Origin: Oscillospiraceae bacterium
Lineage (GTDB): Bacteria; Bacillota; Clostridia; Oscillospirales; Acutalibacteraceae
DNA length: 64,000 nucleotides
NCBI GenBank assembly: GCA_015066015.1
Contig: SVPE01000005.1
Span: forward strand, 68,533-132,532
Direction of reading: 5' to 3'
The translations under genes were made by a program, and so were the position numbers. Under the pieces are notes generated by a model. It was not told where the DNA came from, did not search any database, and worked only from the letters and a program-made list of their open reading frames with translations. Below, in pieces: positions 38,701 through 39,874 of this stretch; position 1 is the stretch's first letter; each line of letters begins with the position of its first letter.

Positions 38701-39874
38701 CAAGTCCCTTGGCTTACTTCCCGCTAAGGACGAAAACGGCGAATACAAGAAGGATGCAAACGGAATGCCTGAATGTGTTGTAAGCATCAAGGGCGGCAAC
38801 GGTTACGATTACGCAATCATTCCTCTCCTTGAAGCATTCGGTCTCAAGTCAGGCGAAGTTATGAACGTAACAGCTTATAACAACGCTTATAAGGCAGATA
38901 ACTCCAAGCTTATGGGTTACATCCTTGAGAGAGTTGGCTTCTTTGCTGACAGACTTCTCAACAAGCCCATCGACGGTCTTCTTACAATCCTTCCCAACCT
39001 TGCATACTTCATTGCAAACGAGGGTGTCGGACTTGTAGTCAGAAACCTTGTAGCTCCTGTTTACTCAATTCTTGGTCTCCTCGGTCTTGACCTTATGGAA
39101 ATGCTTAACCTCGGCAATCTCCTTGGCAGCATCGAAATTCCCATCGACATCCTCGGCGAGAAGCTTGGTCTCCACCTTCCCGATATCGATTGGATGAAGC
39201 TTGCACAGGAAGGCGCAAGTGAAGTAGTAGAAGTTACAACTTCACGTTCACAGGCTGCTAACTCCTTCGTCAATGCACAGAGACTTACAAACCAGGCAGA
39301 CGTTGATAATTACATTAAGAATTATCCCGTAGGCTATGAAGGCAGATCCAACAAGCTCACTCAGACCTTCATCGTAGCAGATAAGGGCGACGTTCTTACA
39401 CTTGTCTTCACATGGCTCTTCGAGCTCTTCGAGGATCCTGACAACCAGAACGCTCTTGTTGAGTGGATTGCAGCAACCTTCAACCTTCAGTCCGGCGCTA
39501 AGGAAACTGTAAGATATGCTATCAACCAGCTCTTCCTTAAGGCTAAGATTTATAACGCACCTGATATCATCGTAGGTGGTCTCTTCTCAGCTCTCGGTGT
39601 AGTACTTGTATTCAACGAAGCTCTCAAGGGAAATATTACTGAAGTTGTTAACATCTTCAAGGAACTCTTCGGTGCAGCAGGTAGCGGCGGATGCGCATAC
39701 TCAAGCATTGCTAAGATCATGGAAGATCTTACCGGTGTATGGGATGACACAATCGGTTCCGATCAGGATCATGAGGACGCAGTTGAAGACGCTGAAGAAA
39801 GCCTTAACTGGTTCCAGAGACTTATCAAGAAGATTAAGGAATTCTTCCAGAAGATTTTCAGTATCTTTAAGTAA
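8738..39874 (+). CDS. giant secreted modular protein, 10,378 aa, unknown family
   Basis: The 31,137-nt frame has no stop. SD AAGGAGG lies upstream of the ATG and the signal peptide is MKVGKKALSLLLAVIMIMSTMSVSFSVFA/ATN. Codon usage is consistent throughout and 15 internally homologous modules are present. A possible C-terminal TM segment (IIVGGLFSALGVVLVF) is followed by the amphipathic tail LNWFQRLIKKIKEFFQKIFSIFK. A terminator lies 39 nt downstream. Confidence 0.93.
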   Translation: MKVGKKALSLLLAVIMIMSTMSVSFSVFAATNTTADIYSAIVMHYDSLMDAIDKATVADESKRDTSGVPVKDGSEWVVKRDTLNGGWLAVSRAIASYAKGTVATNKTYVDLVEKIKLDAAGYAGSNGHPVADYNAILEYYKFGSTATGTFATQETVTLNIGTGFDLLAFKDVASIVDKTYSKATLKFTPKGELATGYTLSTADDISFTTEDFVEAGTDVAVIKGVLEQCVAADAFKTWFNAGTLTTQQLADMTNLLALFDTTMALAGLGYTEAEIWDHYVAPEVGKTYTETKAWYDNAGARAEAEPKADAYKERIDNLMATSTTAMTAEQLRDHKRAVETVIQEMDNDQFSVLVYQIVNEKEADYIGAAGRKVETYLKELGVKVGQAYAPLYADELVALATSVDSLKTKNDVELAEGQAWEDTEEYRANLNWLEAASELISNIDNYVLTGATFADIAESKTAADNAITEALYNKVASKVGELSLEIYGSTYREDKAAMDSIMANTILVGRSYSAVYEIAQEFIGYYNKALSLKNTASMQAVYESIYPDGLDAYEAYVHTLKAAAAKAYYDAISIVDTYISEAGKVAYYNFEVIISKANAISSSDGTYSVVGAFLADDPAYVPATGDVKPEDISALYNKIYTSGGYLDKAYAFKTGLNNLRNLAYTNANEQVVDKKLLAYILRQENVTGSAYAWESMLGNVSVDKIREFVNDIELVQQTGIETKNGKITAGGIEDLMSLAVEDLDKILISNDLGTLLNSLTAKENEETGATVGFLGVWGFDYTFKNPEGGTTTVKAGDPCKNLREFLINTIVGLLWGGSLQTTLFKLLSETVGGAVYNFGGAAFDVVVATKDGWQWLPEILHMAIPVMPHDYVENWTNPLTGDTNKTYQQIAQDYYVDWYKYFTGAAFGATGHAEYDYTDILYVLDKAPIDKKCNDDTTEWRSYWKGFTYADNISNDNRTEYRPGNVITEGSSAGQALDARYWGEANGQKQLPFCNDGANCTNEDHYFDSKKAWHVNDWDDFYRTFAVATCGLHVPLAELVTKKSLSPGDSEASNLFGEVDILAVGNGRGLDATLHASELGDALYDRLFIPLYRLLGIEGFYNVNTNPGGYHNKADIRSASGSYAKGNGRVSVGSIKDSGVTLWKYVLEPIVYWLENTLFVSPVKTIAELLPNLLTMLEYDQLIPKLKNINVDINATIKPMGITVNLDVTELNLSQIIMPLLEGLGLNQENLSKGINGLLGVLLGGERVTSKPNMNTTTDKWLMQVTKVTEEDEFGNKVTVNKTSDTEPAAWKSSADGNTYYLKNPGLLTATLYGLMVQENDPTTTENETLNNAFLDWIFLNGGTKAEIPLQIPVNRFMATGSLKGGDHPTAESITIPGVFSSVTNYHIYAEAGTSMLVLLRWLLNDGTLDSIMPLLNGLIKPTVDPETGKESSILDTIIPLVDGQADTLMAIIICLLNDYVIGFESFQDPAQNTNDWGKWNAEGTEFTPYLTDGGASQFKYGTVFQKYLSEGNKDVTANELAAGYGTGFTDADLLAKANLAVANVDKTIAKLVPTLFVALKDTLLGVDAIRDLGFEAVIEKAEKAIAEGNLDAVTLETVVLDTVIGNDLVDMIMNLVFGNGLPTKAKDAAGAAIQAHTDGETMTQTYTDGKGNTTTTTYYITAGSESAPLAYDANGDVEIVRQVKYALDADGNETDTIEGFVVNEGLLGGLFADPESILNKVLGALGDFNLDISPAGFYGLFSDTAYEEKTGTTAAFIKTAGANTHLATWLKSQAEKFSGKTLSSHAATKAELKNMTWGDIRAPKGTVWFDENTTDVIEKFNRFAEMLCDLLYPLNPVLAFLLSGQDITLFDELKLQGENGYSKGIVAILEALMLDAACMSQNSFDNYVYTAAIGISPIGYKNDANVNVDNLSSGTIIKDGETITKRFAVTKNSPLKPLLYAIGQLLFGTSDGTVDGLLDAPLTVLFSRLPNIAYNLYLFKGENGKNTCNFSIAVKNLIAPVTKVLEIVDPVLARLVNLDINELLDSFLDIESLINNLINGLAGLDEGTGSSVAIFEFGKLAADSATVDLNATTYRHGASKFTRFYGAPGKFFITLVRTLLTKDVVGAIGGLVEGIFNKEGENKTPEELEADQRVRDIITMIENNLCKPDTENKLAGGAYIDYLTSIIIDIFTDYLPEEGAFYFYEIINRVDEELIKLEDQIDAMSLDKYGIKHDGYDWATKPVDENGNVLFTEADVNETIENLDYVIRKAVPDVLSTLQSNGVIGGDLVASLQGDDGLWGLLKGLALDYALKDDGLTWLANAIIGLFGEGGSTSTTKIIQQALKAAGFDMTFDAFMYKKGADGKIDKSQPTAIYDYFTYGFYKKDGKLQSETGKMDWYYLDADHNNKADDINGDGNIDKNDEVELTFVQIYKNHSYELYETDDDGNLVIVDGQPKKKAVQIQITEEREEKNAEGVIEKVTYYKYIVLDDNGEETAEVIWLNESGKTEVVDGTVTKKLVADTKDKKVLDEDGNETNVTVYETALLSTAYPQVKTAEGYKYTYTNADGEVKEYYGAYQQMTVLDSGEDNDKGENIYYTLSPVYSEDIGEREWSWDIDDIIAGESESRDVFTLRKVKFINTLWDVLEPFAVVFSTLFAGDALRLFDTLNIEGGFGYDDYLLPLMRAFGLDSIIEMLGAEKLSQLQTKDAGGNPIEHLMTRDEYMAKVYNADGSINPEGVGYTVKNVVNYIFYFVEILCNYPVETLANALPTLAYFLYADGLTSILNGVLVPVTTLTNRLNEIIDLDVNAIGAGLIDYLATGDWANFQESLGGFMYIDPDTGNLVTNVDANLNLTYSILSLITNLEFDLSGIVGEDDPYEGKYGLVLFLNKENEHMAKQLLKDAAELEKNGGATAEQIKQMRQQARDCRAGTLKGFLKSIAALGDPVSEKQGLANEYIYKNYADYVYISSTGSVHVSKAEVLMFLLDFIFENNTLKEVIGSLLGYDLTDENTSDAELLDEIITNVFNNPNALVNLIVSLLTDYDVKQIVGVELKEIEAENHFEFYEDAGFDTHEEVLEHNKNLAAGEEKVTEISRVKTSATIDNLDALVGKILNLSILKDMLAKEDDPATAEDESGAFNKLFGITTDDTITLQGIVDAVFETYLYDDKGLNSIMDMLIGLLGGEGASQIVNIVLDILAGSGYDLTPEAFKTNVPQLAATIDKAEDLNEDGKISWDEVVKANSKYQYVVKNADGEVTATYFADEKGLTKLDHDGDAATEEIDVIADMVQKQTERKVDKQVTDETTGETSTVKVTEYKYTYSVKNAAGELEDKEVWLEEAGKTEWIETPDDPETDENEEVKHLVEAEMYDTDKQKTAVKISATWGLQTRDDFVDVLWNCIKPLAPIFAALFCEGELTLFDKISIKGAAGYDGFVLPLIKALGIPALRANKNADGTWSDDLTTANENEGEYFLKADKLVDYATYKATVYGSDGILGTGDDNGKIMLTTITDALFALVDSLCARPVNTLLTIIPYLAHFIESDGVDAILDNLLVPVTTITEMVKDIYKIDLLGMVKDLLRGLIKDMNDKAGETSDSTKPEDQATTGGAAAAYVLNVIEESEADAGQSAGEAIISELTDPAPALDLSGGDGSNYKFKDIIVELLEGVSINGTALNTIIDPEFIFLNLASIAWLPGVMKADNSGWDRYPSQKITVTINADRRGGSHSLSDAAVYTVDRESVLIKVLNDIVFTDGIRDLIGDLIKFDFGKDAMTTLTEEDSNYLLTVLLYGVFEDPEALERLLIDLLSWYEIEYEDARVKKTDVENAYDLGTTEPIDYEAAGLDKAQMEKLPEDFDSLIGKIVPAVIGMLPADALGDIKLQGANLEEMVHNLLADLMMDKEVTNDEGVKEMKYGFATQLVELLVNLLGGNATVSMIVGLLPTIIEGMDVELKDFKKVNTAFNTYFADYDTWAEAYEGLKTIKKYVAPDEPAADYVAPAYEEGTLNLYAVDENGKPVPEYAVDENGANIPVYANGTKVTDAWDNVWYTAAGTPANDEETALENTYVVKTVDGKIVYKYQYELKLTNTNSFGIATYQDVLDLVSQILAPFAPVLRFLLTEADLVALDGVHLTGGDGYDRFIIPLFEMLGVDKYIGAQKFLNKTDFAALDNAAFTAKVVEYIDGLISMVVNTPIQTIVDLVPELVFFVYSDGLAQAVEQLVAPLLTLVDMVNDITAKEVVIEGRDDALVALDIVALITDLINDNLMKPNNIAEIDGFYGDNGLITRLLTAEGLEALLQGLLDNANAWIYAYEYTIPKDMVEGATEDEVVTVYFNSADLDGATHIPTNGNGKDMTFTLTAVPDKNKTPIDLGLDKDGDGTADAAPIKGIFRWILEKTCKIEKVDTIRTYGAVNGKVWGVKANRADTLVQIISETLLGGGMLTSLLNSFGVEIKEGDILDTILKALTGENKYQLFVVLLTYFNEYDVETMLMDYLSFEKVEYAYETYVEGTRLTQRKLRRAIKKLDGSILTVVPELIQMLEEVEFIKMLLDKIGGYHGQSLKDLVHELLMAYAFNDQTMNQLMGLLIGLLGGEDLAGTLNTVLPLVNDIVGIDITPYGFYEATTSDAIKAYMEAAFAAFPAGPVLDDKGEPVLNDDGTPKMTTVKDDFTWADLAKYYTVYVYSYNDVTKTTKYEYTYEKDGKTEYYYVDEAVAADENGKYILKDGDNVYELTATQEVTKDFYSYETNYMYSKNADLHGTPVEGVDGKTWFGYEQATDTEGNLSWADEAKGIPEIKTVTKTVNKVDAEGNNIVVDGVIQTEEISEQVRATRVNALEGDAAFAWGIDAKTSYEDKADKFIDILAGIVVPLEGVLNFLLRGDSLYILPDEKTENSGVLEFYGNNGYENVIMPLFQALGVDQVGGTIVSAADYEAGRGTALTLTAITDGIFSIVEALTDGPLEYIFTLLPSLSYFISCNGPEIVLNNLLSPVLALLNLADPIVGDLLDDLLGATLSGVFADYMPEDIDFTETTNYKAPIYVEVDGTGEFEGQMVKVPARTDSTTVTFRDETYYIDAGTDEGEIIEGKYVVTTETVDGELVPDFEEYNAYALTDLLKICGENGDNLIKILNKLVGPLLLAEDATEEDKAAFQLLPETFFEDYAKHAITINKQTANADFYYYYEDAEGNRIKIKDDLYSSDMGEIKEARYVVDWFKVDIADSAVYLLDNVLSESLLNEIARIAKIDINKEGDILGGILKNLIEGNFNGLVVADIITALFENYTIKYNELYGEYITPDHSHLNTLETQDDKDKAARVPGQLDTIIENALPAIAPILSDLLAPKEGAEPTILNDIFDNYDTIANDAAVADLYEVVEYLLDDLVFSDELVNTLAALIINLIGTTDIVGTIIEYFGLTGIKLDPQSYLATVKKAYENKTEMADAVAALAGIIGEAKTWADVVKNDTTPLYAYEYVDGVNEDGTAKKFTVYLADENATTYELTKTEGEGEEAKEVKYEFALTQVLDADKNRVVKAEYNKEENGENVADVTWGVNAASDKKTAFIKALAVIVEPLFPVLQLVLQGKTLTLIGHDKAAYEPVNMVEYNADGVATTIIDDSRTGEEIGNGYVELMGVNGYEELLVPILDAIGGLEAFGAYSADNTDGIMTVAEFCAINNAYDMLSYIVNVVFGFVNNLVEAPVTYLATYLPSLLYFIGSDGVYNAVHSVLQLVNALIAVAEPLIGANGIKLSDTIGLPLDLLMLKLDDSTVPGKVQKTVDGKFVYIAKGDENKEEIYLDKAGLTKNGETEIEAVMVDGMVTVEGLCSLINGLIKKDNLINKDIILKLAGYLGDYAVINTVKRNATSALYDTKLDAYVNMNGDIVAKKDGDIWVDAYGNATTKPATGSQMITIVGDTKYTLTGLLQFALADGLVGGLVDTSEMEGILKTIIDNVMGPDATKNVTEILIKLLNKYVITYKAIEEPAEALVPAATDYAKYGVEKTEVQLALGNIQKLLPEVLDLLGVGSLDKLVADNLYTDKVVNGIIAMLVGLLGGLDEKTWGTITDILGYVKDIVGLNIDITPAAYAAEGNKLAPFINAVDVKRDVVDEDGNVTGEERIPVADLTWADVAEFYTKYEYRYMVEAAKPAEGVEGEEGYKAPVEAKYVTVWFADADLNGKDHTPTTGDYAGKTFKLEKVETVYYGYEYTIPAVGEEGAEDYVAAKTETLKSTDSELTEYKVGEVTYALTAKGEVERVHNTKVESDFVWGVAEGATLNEKADKLVAVVIDLLKPLDGVLELLLAGGVYEFDGTTYGDSLGAFEEINIMGGSGYNYAIIPLLEALSVPADKILTQADYEATIATKGTLGYILETVLHTVNDNLDKPLDFVLGLFANLAYTISKNGATTFVSNLIAPLSEVIEAIEGVLPVAIKVNLMALMDGGSVAEILLGSDVALKGAEVGLTLDLDCDTLEALLAKVLAKFVAGFDITISFKDIAAKSAKLDEMGDIEYFNSKVDPKWDICLGIPGKNIQGDTAATIITLLAMVITTDNIDALLQMLNLDINTLDKPIADLINKAIESPDVLIGAVIKLLANNYDVVGVIEAMVFYFLGEAEYDYSNIKGGLLNGGHSAVNSAISKFDKMVNNLIPKLLKLLGNDLDKPVEIIADIYNGLGEDAADADIKAVVDYLLNDLVFNDKMMNQLLGLIVGLLGGIDEKTFKTIVDIVKEVLGIDLSPAGVAAISEANGGKVAAFINAHEASDKDAGLTWADIANAHAWYEYKYCVVEAKEAVGTEGEEGYVPAVEAKYVTTHFADADLDGEDHTPTTGDYAGKTFKLEKVTKDDKHVTKVILEETWNISDKDDFLGILYEVTAVVEPLLAFLFKGENINILIDDFGLKGSDGYTHALIPLAKALHIEIEEDVTKFDDANEMLKEVVNGIFGLVEDIEKAPISTILEVLGSASYFIANDGVALVINNLIAPVTGLISIFEKKTTVEVNGEIVEKSEGITMADINALLKSLIKMDLNDITGIAGADGSKLVSMINGLLPKVYLVDEATGEKTRLAEPLPAKFFEIMSTYAINYDSMTNAQKKDAANIRTLEVTEWSVDKADVLMYLLSTVCSDDFLAFIGNLAKAEEGTVLGDVIYGLAGDEDLVINIISMLLNEYKLVYNKYAQVDITKINVDPKDPLTDTNLAQAIQAIDGLVPAIIGLLVKDADSLKGLVENLVAGADLGNLLMNLLVPLLAGLDIDEILGYVKEFSNLNVKLDPSAWTADADSEIAKFILAADEDKDGKVTWADVEAFYTQYEFTYTIPAVGAEGEEGYVAAKTETVFKPAGTTKITIGEGKDAKTYDLTKVNEYEYTYTVTTGEGEEAKTEEKTIILDKDDYTTYDVDGNEETADVEVTLSKPVQKSKMVSEYDWNIDNFDGLKNFAVDLLKPLDVVFELLLAGANIIVAPDTKTDVEPYPAEITVRGGDGYNFAIIPLLEALGATGLKTQAEYEAQAATDGSHLKYVLDVLFAEVEEILATPVSQLMSRLANLFYFLGNNSANDLVDNLLAPVNTLIAEVDPIFPLAINIDVSKIGTDDIIGLYLGKAHDGVEAGIHVNVESTAIATLLNDLLAGIEINGTKLGLSLDLNWLEIAAKMAKTEDATKQSTTGAKIATVASKMDYKSYENVVGNTEYADGKYYNIQGDVVDTFITLLQVLLTDNNTEALKNLIEGLLKDAPQEVKDILDDILSDPDAIEKLVGVVVLLLTGRGEMEDYPLAFAYKFLGELNFNYKNDEINAAISKFDKMVVREAVGILKMFGTPAADKKEEDYNFLEKMVVGVSDKENATLADIVDWLLGEFAFTSENFTGLMEILNNVLADAITAELADILATILPIRLMPYEFAEATGNAKLQAYVGKAVTKAVDALVFADDATDEDKAKAIDEAKKAVTWADVRAAYATSAEKDGKTVWTYNYGEGDNAFTWGVEDKDTFVGAILDLLKPLNPILDFLFAGKELAFEIEGVKLWGADGYANAIVPLLNALGLKQLGVEMPATAADSTTALGYIVDALLGTTEAKGAVDAICEAPITSILKIVGNLSYFIANGNLDELIQNLLAPVFGLLDLAESLVSREDLDTIIEGLAKITLPGGKALNITNIINIAGAEGEGLVALINELIGGIRVYEKEIVVEDGKNVSKIVVYDKAYVEDHPEFDWWAVDKTDADGNVVYETDEEGNEVLDKDGKPVAEQVYYKVLQMINLLPDDFFKQFAKYVVEESELNGVAVTTVGADVDSWTINVGDALMYVLSTVLDYDFFETILKKVGLDLSQGIGATVLTMADKENELIDVLVMLLNDYKVVYSKVEQATLPADVTTPYTNFGQDKDGNDLLDNENTTNAVAALDPIINTVVAMLADGKTLSDLVNGLIADADLANIIMNALVPVLAGLDKNENLDLDAILSYVYELTNIKLETLAPTLWDDDFGSALVTFIDGSETWAEVEAKYTQYEYSYTADGAEEATVVYKPEAGRHDYTVTVGEGENAKTYDLRPVLDGTTQKSKMLSEFNWGIEDLNDLVPLVCDLLAPLDIVFQILLSAKPIIALEDDVTSDRNDIRIMGGYGYNYAIIPLLEAFGADGLLTQEEYEEKAAADGSHLKYILETLIGEVEEILETPLNELLSRLANLFYFIGSDGINAIADNLLAPLNTLIEEVDDLFPLAIRIDVAADEILGLYLGKEHEGIPAGITVNVSGADLAALINDLIGDLTIGEIHLNLHLDLDWTEIAAKMAKKDTDGKILTTGTKQVYNLGTVKNPAVADLVNLTGDAANAIVTLLDTVLTEENCKNIYTLVTGLLGDMDPTLKSVIEELIGSPDSIKGIVAAVVLILTGEYEVAELDYIFKYLGVLTFAKSADAKTAVESLDRVLIKAVPVIIELLAKDVTDTENFLYKLYHGTNKNATLDNIVNYLLNDFLFTDSMMNTITGALLGILKNLGTDITDILKDFLGIDLAPVAFAAASGNAQLIAYVGNAATWADVVAAHTDADGNLAAVFTDVAGKEAWVGAILDMLKPLEKVLAFLLTNEDLVVTVENNGQKAQLTLKGGNAYESAIVPILYQGLGLEEIITGTNKAKVESAVKVDSANAAIEAVVDALLVDLVGAIKKAPLSTILTVVGNLGYFIANDDVAVAIQNLVAPVLGIVDALGGVISRTQLDTLIEGLAKIELPNGKMLNITNIINIAGDNGAILVDLINGLLPGIEIKDDQGNVIQVINALPDTFFLDLAKAAVKVTDPETGLVEGETDAKTWTTDNGGAIMYVLSTVLTTDFLNILCDVIGIEEKTEDGKDNMVYGIITSLAGSADAVVDLLLKLLNRYLVEYKAYVQPEINKTKINYEGGEAAHRQFNQVISNLDGLIPVIFELLVKQEGVNNLADLVYPLFVKDDIANLLVSAIAKLLAGLPAETITMIEDLVTDLANVKNATVKDADGNEVEVFSIAPTAFKADNFKSKLDEYIGDAKTWAEVWAAHSEDKKDENGNIVYAKDADGKTVVDAEGNPVAEKVASAYAWNIKTVDDFINLICDFLAPLDCVLNLLLSGGMVRADFDTNRPNETFMGKRLAVFDDIAISGGSGYNYAIIPLLELFGVDADTQEEYMIAVETNYNSALYPVLTALFDRVDEILTAPVESLLDILANLCYALGTGSVATIVENLIAPVNNVIAAVDEIFPIAIPIDVGALINGQALKVYLGEAHPGIDSGITFKLEGNDVAALLEDVIAGINIGGASLEVDLDWMALAAAAAADVNGDGKGDFDGSKMSTKWDIYNGGAYKNLKGDAGDTFVTLIKTVLTEKNWNALKEALGLDLGDFNTVVDGIIKDPTKLIDLIGSIFSIEGVHYIPVQNRKVEAKPYDYTTYLYMTEQNADIIAQNIDKLVNDILQAAGFGSLKGLIGTLLTNKLAGDLIGKITGLLGGDTVGPILGTIAGLTGGEDPILVVYDAAGNVTKLNLDLTVKGYADAYDNYANHNRAFAQELHRVANANGTWADVNVANIDWGVNGTVTSFANAFASILNPLNSVLELLLVGEGKSLGLLPAKDENGEYKKDANGMPECVVSIKGGNGYDYAIIPLLEAFGLKSGEVMNVTAYNNAYKADNSKLMGYILERVGFFADRLLNKPIDGLLTILPNLAYFIANEGVGLVVRNLVAPVYSILGLLGLDLMEMLNLGNLLGSIEIPIDILGEKLGLHLPDIDWMKLAQEGASEVVEVTTSRSQAANSFVNAQRLTNQADVDNYIKNYPVGYEGRSNKLTQTFIVADKGDVLTLVFTWLFELFEDPDNQNALVEWIAATFNLQSGAKETVRYAINQLFLKAKIYNAPDIIVGGLFSALGVVLVFNEALKGNITEVVNIFKELFGAAGSGGCAYSSIAKIMEDLTGVWDDTIGSDQDHEDAVEDAEESLNWFQRLIKKIKEFFQKIFSIFK
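11950..12295 (+). repeat. module core 0 (degenerate first copy)
   Basis: ..LYDRLFIPLYRLLGIEG .. VSPVKTIAELLPNLLTMLEYDQLIPKL; matches the IPL..LG and LP.L...L halves of the later cores. Confidence 0.5.
14198..14775 (+). repeat. module core 1
   Basis: FNRFAEMLCDLLYPLNPVLAFLLSG..LQGENGYSKGIVAILEALMLD..LPNIAYNLY..KNLIAPVTKV. Confidence 0.75.
15908..15943 (+). other. EF-hand / dockerin-like 12-residue Ca-binding loop inside the giant ORF
   Basis: DINGDGNIDKND fits D1-x-N3-x-D5-G6-x-I8-x-x-x-D12. Confidence 0.5.
16583..17078 (+). repeat. module core 2
   Basis: WDVLEPFAVVFSTLFAG..IEGGFGYDDYLLPLMRAFGLD..LPTLAYFLYADG..GVLVPVTTL. Confidence 0.8.
18341..18376 (+). other. EF-hand-like 12-residue loop inside the giant ORF
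   Basis: DLNEDGKISWDE fits D1-x-N3-x-D5-G6-x-I8-x-x-x-E12 and runs into the recurrent (T/S)W(A/D)(D/E)V motif. Confidence 0.5.
18830..19354 (+). repeat. module core 3
   Basis: WNCIKPLAPIFAALFCEG..IKGAAGYDGFVLPLIKALGIP..IPYLAHFIESDG..NLLVPVTTI. Confidence 0.8.
20927..21340 (+). repeat. module core 4
   Basis: VSQILAPFAPVLRFLL..LTGGDGYDRFIIPLFEMLGVD..VPELVFFVYSDG..QLVAPLLTL. Confidence 0.8.
23188..23626 (+). repeat. module core 5
   Basis: LAGIVVPLEGVLNFLLRG..FYGNNGYENVIMPLFQALGVD..LPSLSYFISCNG..NLLSPVLAL. Confidence 0.8.
25274..25819 (+). repeat. module core 6
   Basis: LAVIVEPLFPVLQLVLQG..LMGVNGYEELLVPILDAIGG..LPSLLYFIGSDG..SVLQLVNAL. Confidence 0.8.
27415..27856 (+). repeat. module core 7 (A subtype)
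   Basis: VIDLLKPLDGVLELLLAG..IMGGSGYNYAIIPLLEALSVP..FANLAYTISKNG..NLIAPLSEV. Confidence 0.8.
29153..29542 (+). repeat. module core 8 (B subtype)
   Basis: VTAVVEPLLAFLFKG..LKGSDGYTHALIPLAKALHIE..LGSASYFIANDG..NLIAPVTGL. Confidence 0.8.
30422..30457 (+). other. EF-hand-like 12-residue loop inside the giant ORF
   Basis: DEDKDGKVTWAD fits D1-x-D3-x-D5-G6-x-V8-x-x-x-D12 and is fused to the TWADVEAF module-boundary motif. Confidence 0.5.
30841..31270 (+). repeat. module core 9 (A subtype)
   Basis: AVDLLKPLDVVFELLLAG..VRGGDGYNFAIIPLLEALGAT..LANLFYFLGNN..NLLAPVNTL. Confidence 0.8.
32485..32899 (+). repeat. module core 10 (B subtype)
   Basis: ILDLLKPLNPILDFLFAG..LWGADGYANAIVPLLNALGLK..VGNLSYFIANG..NLLAPVFGL. 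Confidence 0.8.
34211..34636 (+). repeat. module core 11 (A subtype)
   Basis: VCDLLAPLDIVFQILLS..IMGGYGYNYAIIPLLEAFGAD..LANLFYFIGSDG..NLLAPLNTL. Confidence 0.8.
35651..36094 (+). repeat. module core 12 (B subtype)
   Basis: ILDMLKPLEKVLAFLL..LKGGNAYESAIVPILYQGLGLE..VGNLGYFIANDD..NLVAPVLGI. Confidence 0.8.
37181..37633 (+). repeat. module core 13 (A subtype)
   Basis: ICDFLAPLDCVLNLLLSG..ISGGSGYNYAIIPLLELFGVD..LANLCYALGTG..NLIAPVNNV. Confidence 0.8.
38621..39091 (+). repeat. module core 14 (A-like, last copy)
   Basis: FASILNPLNSVLELLLVG..IKGGNGYDYAIIPLLEAFGLK..LPNLAYFIANEG..NLVAPVYSI. Confidence 0.8.
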
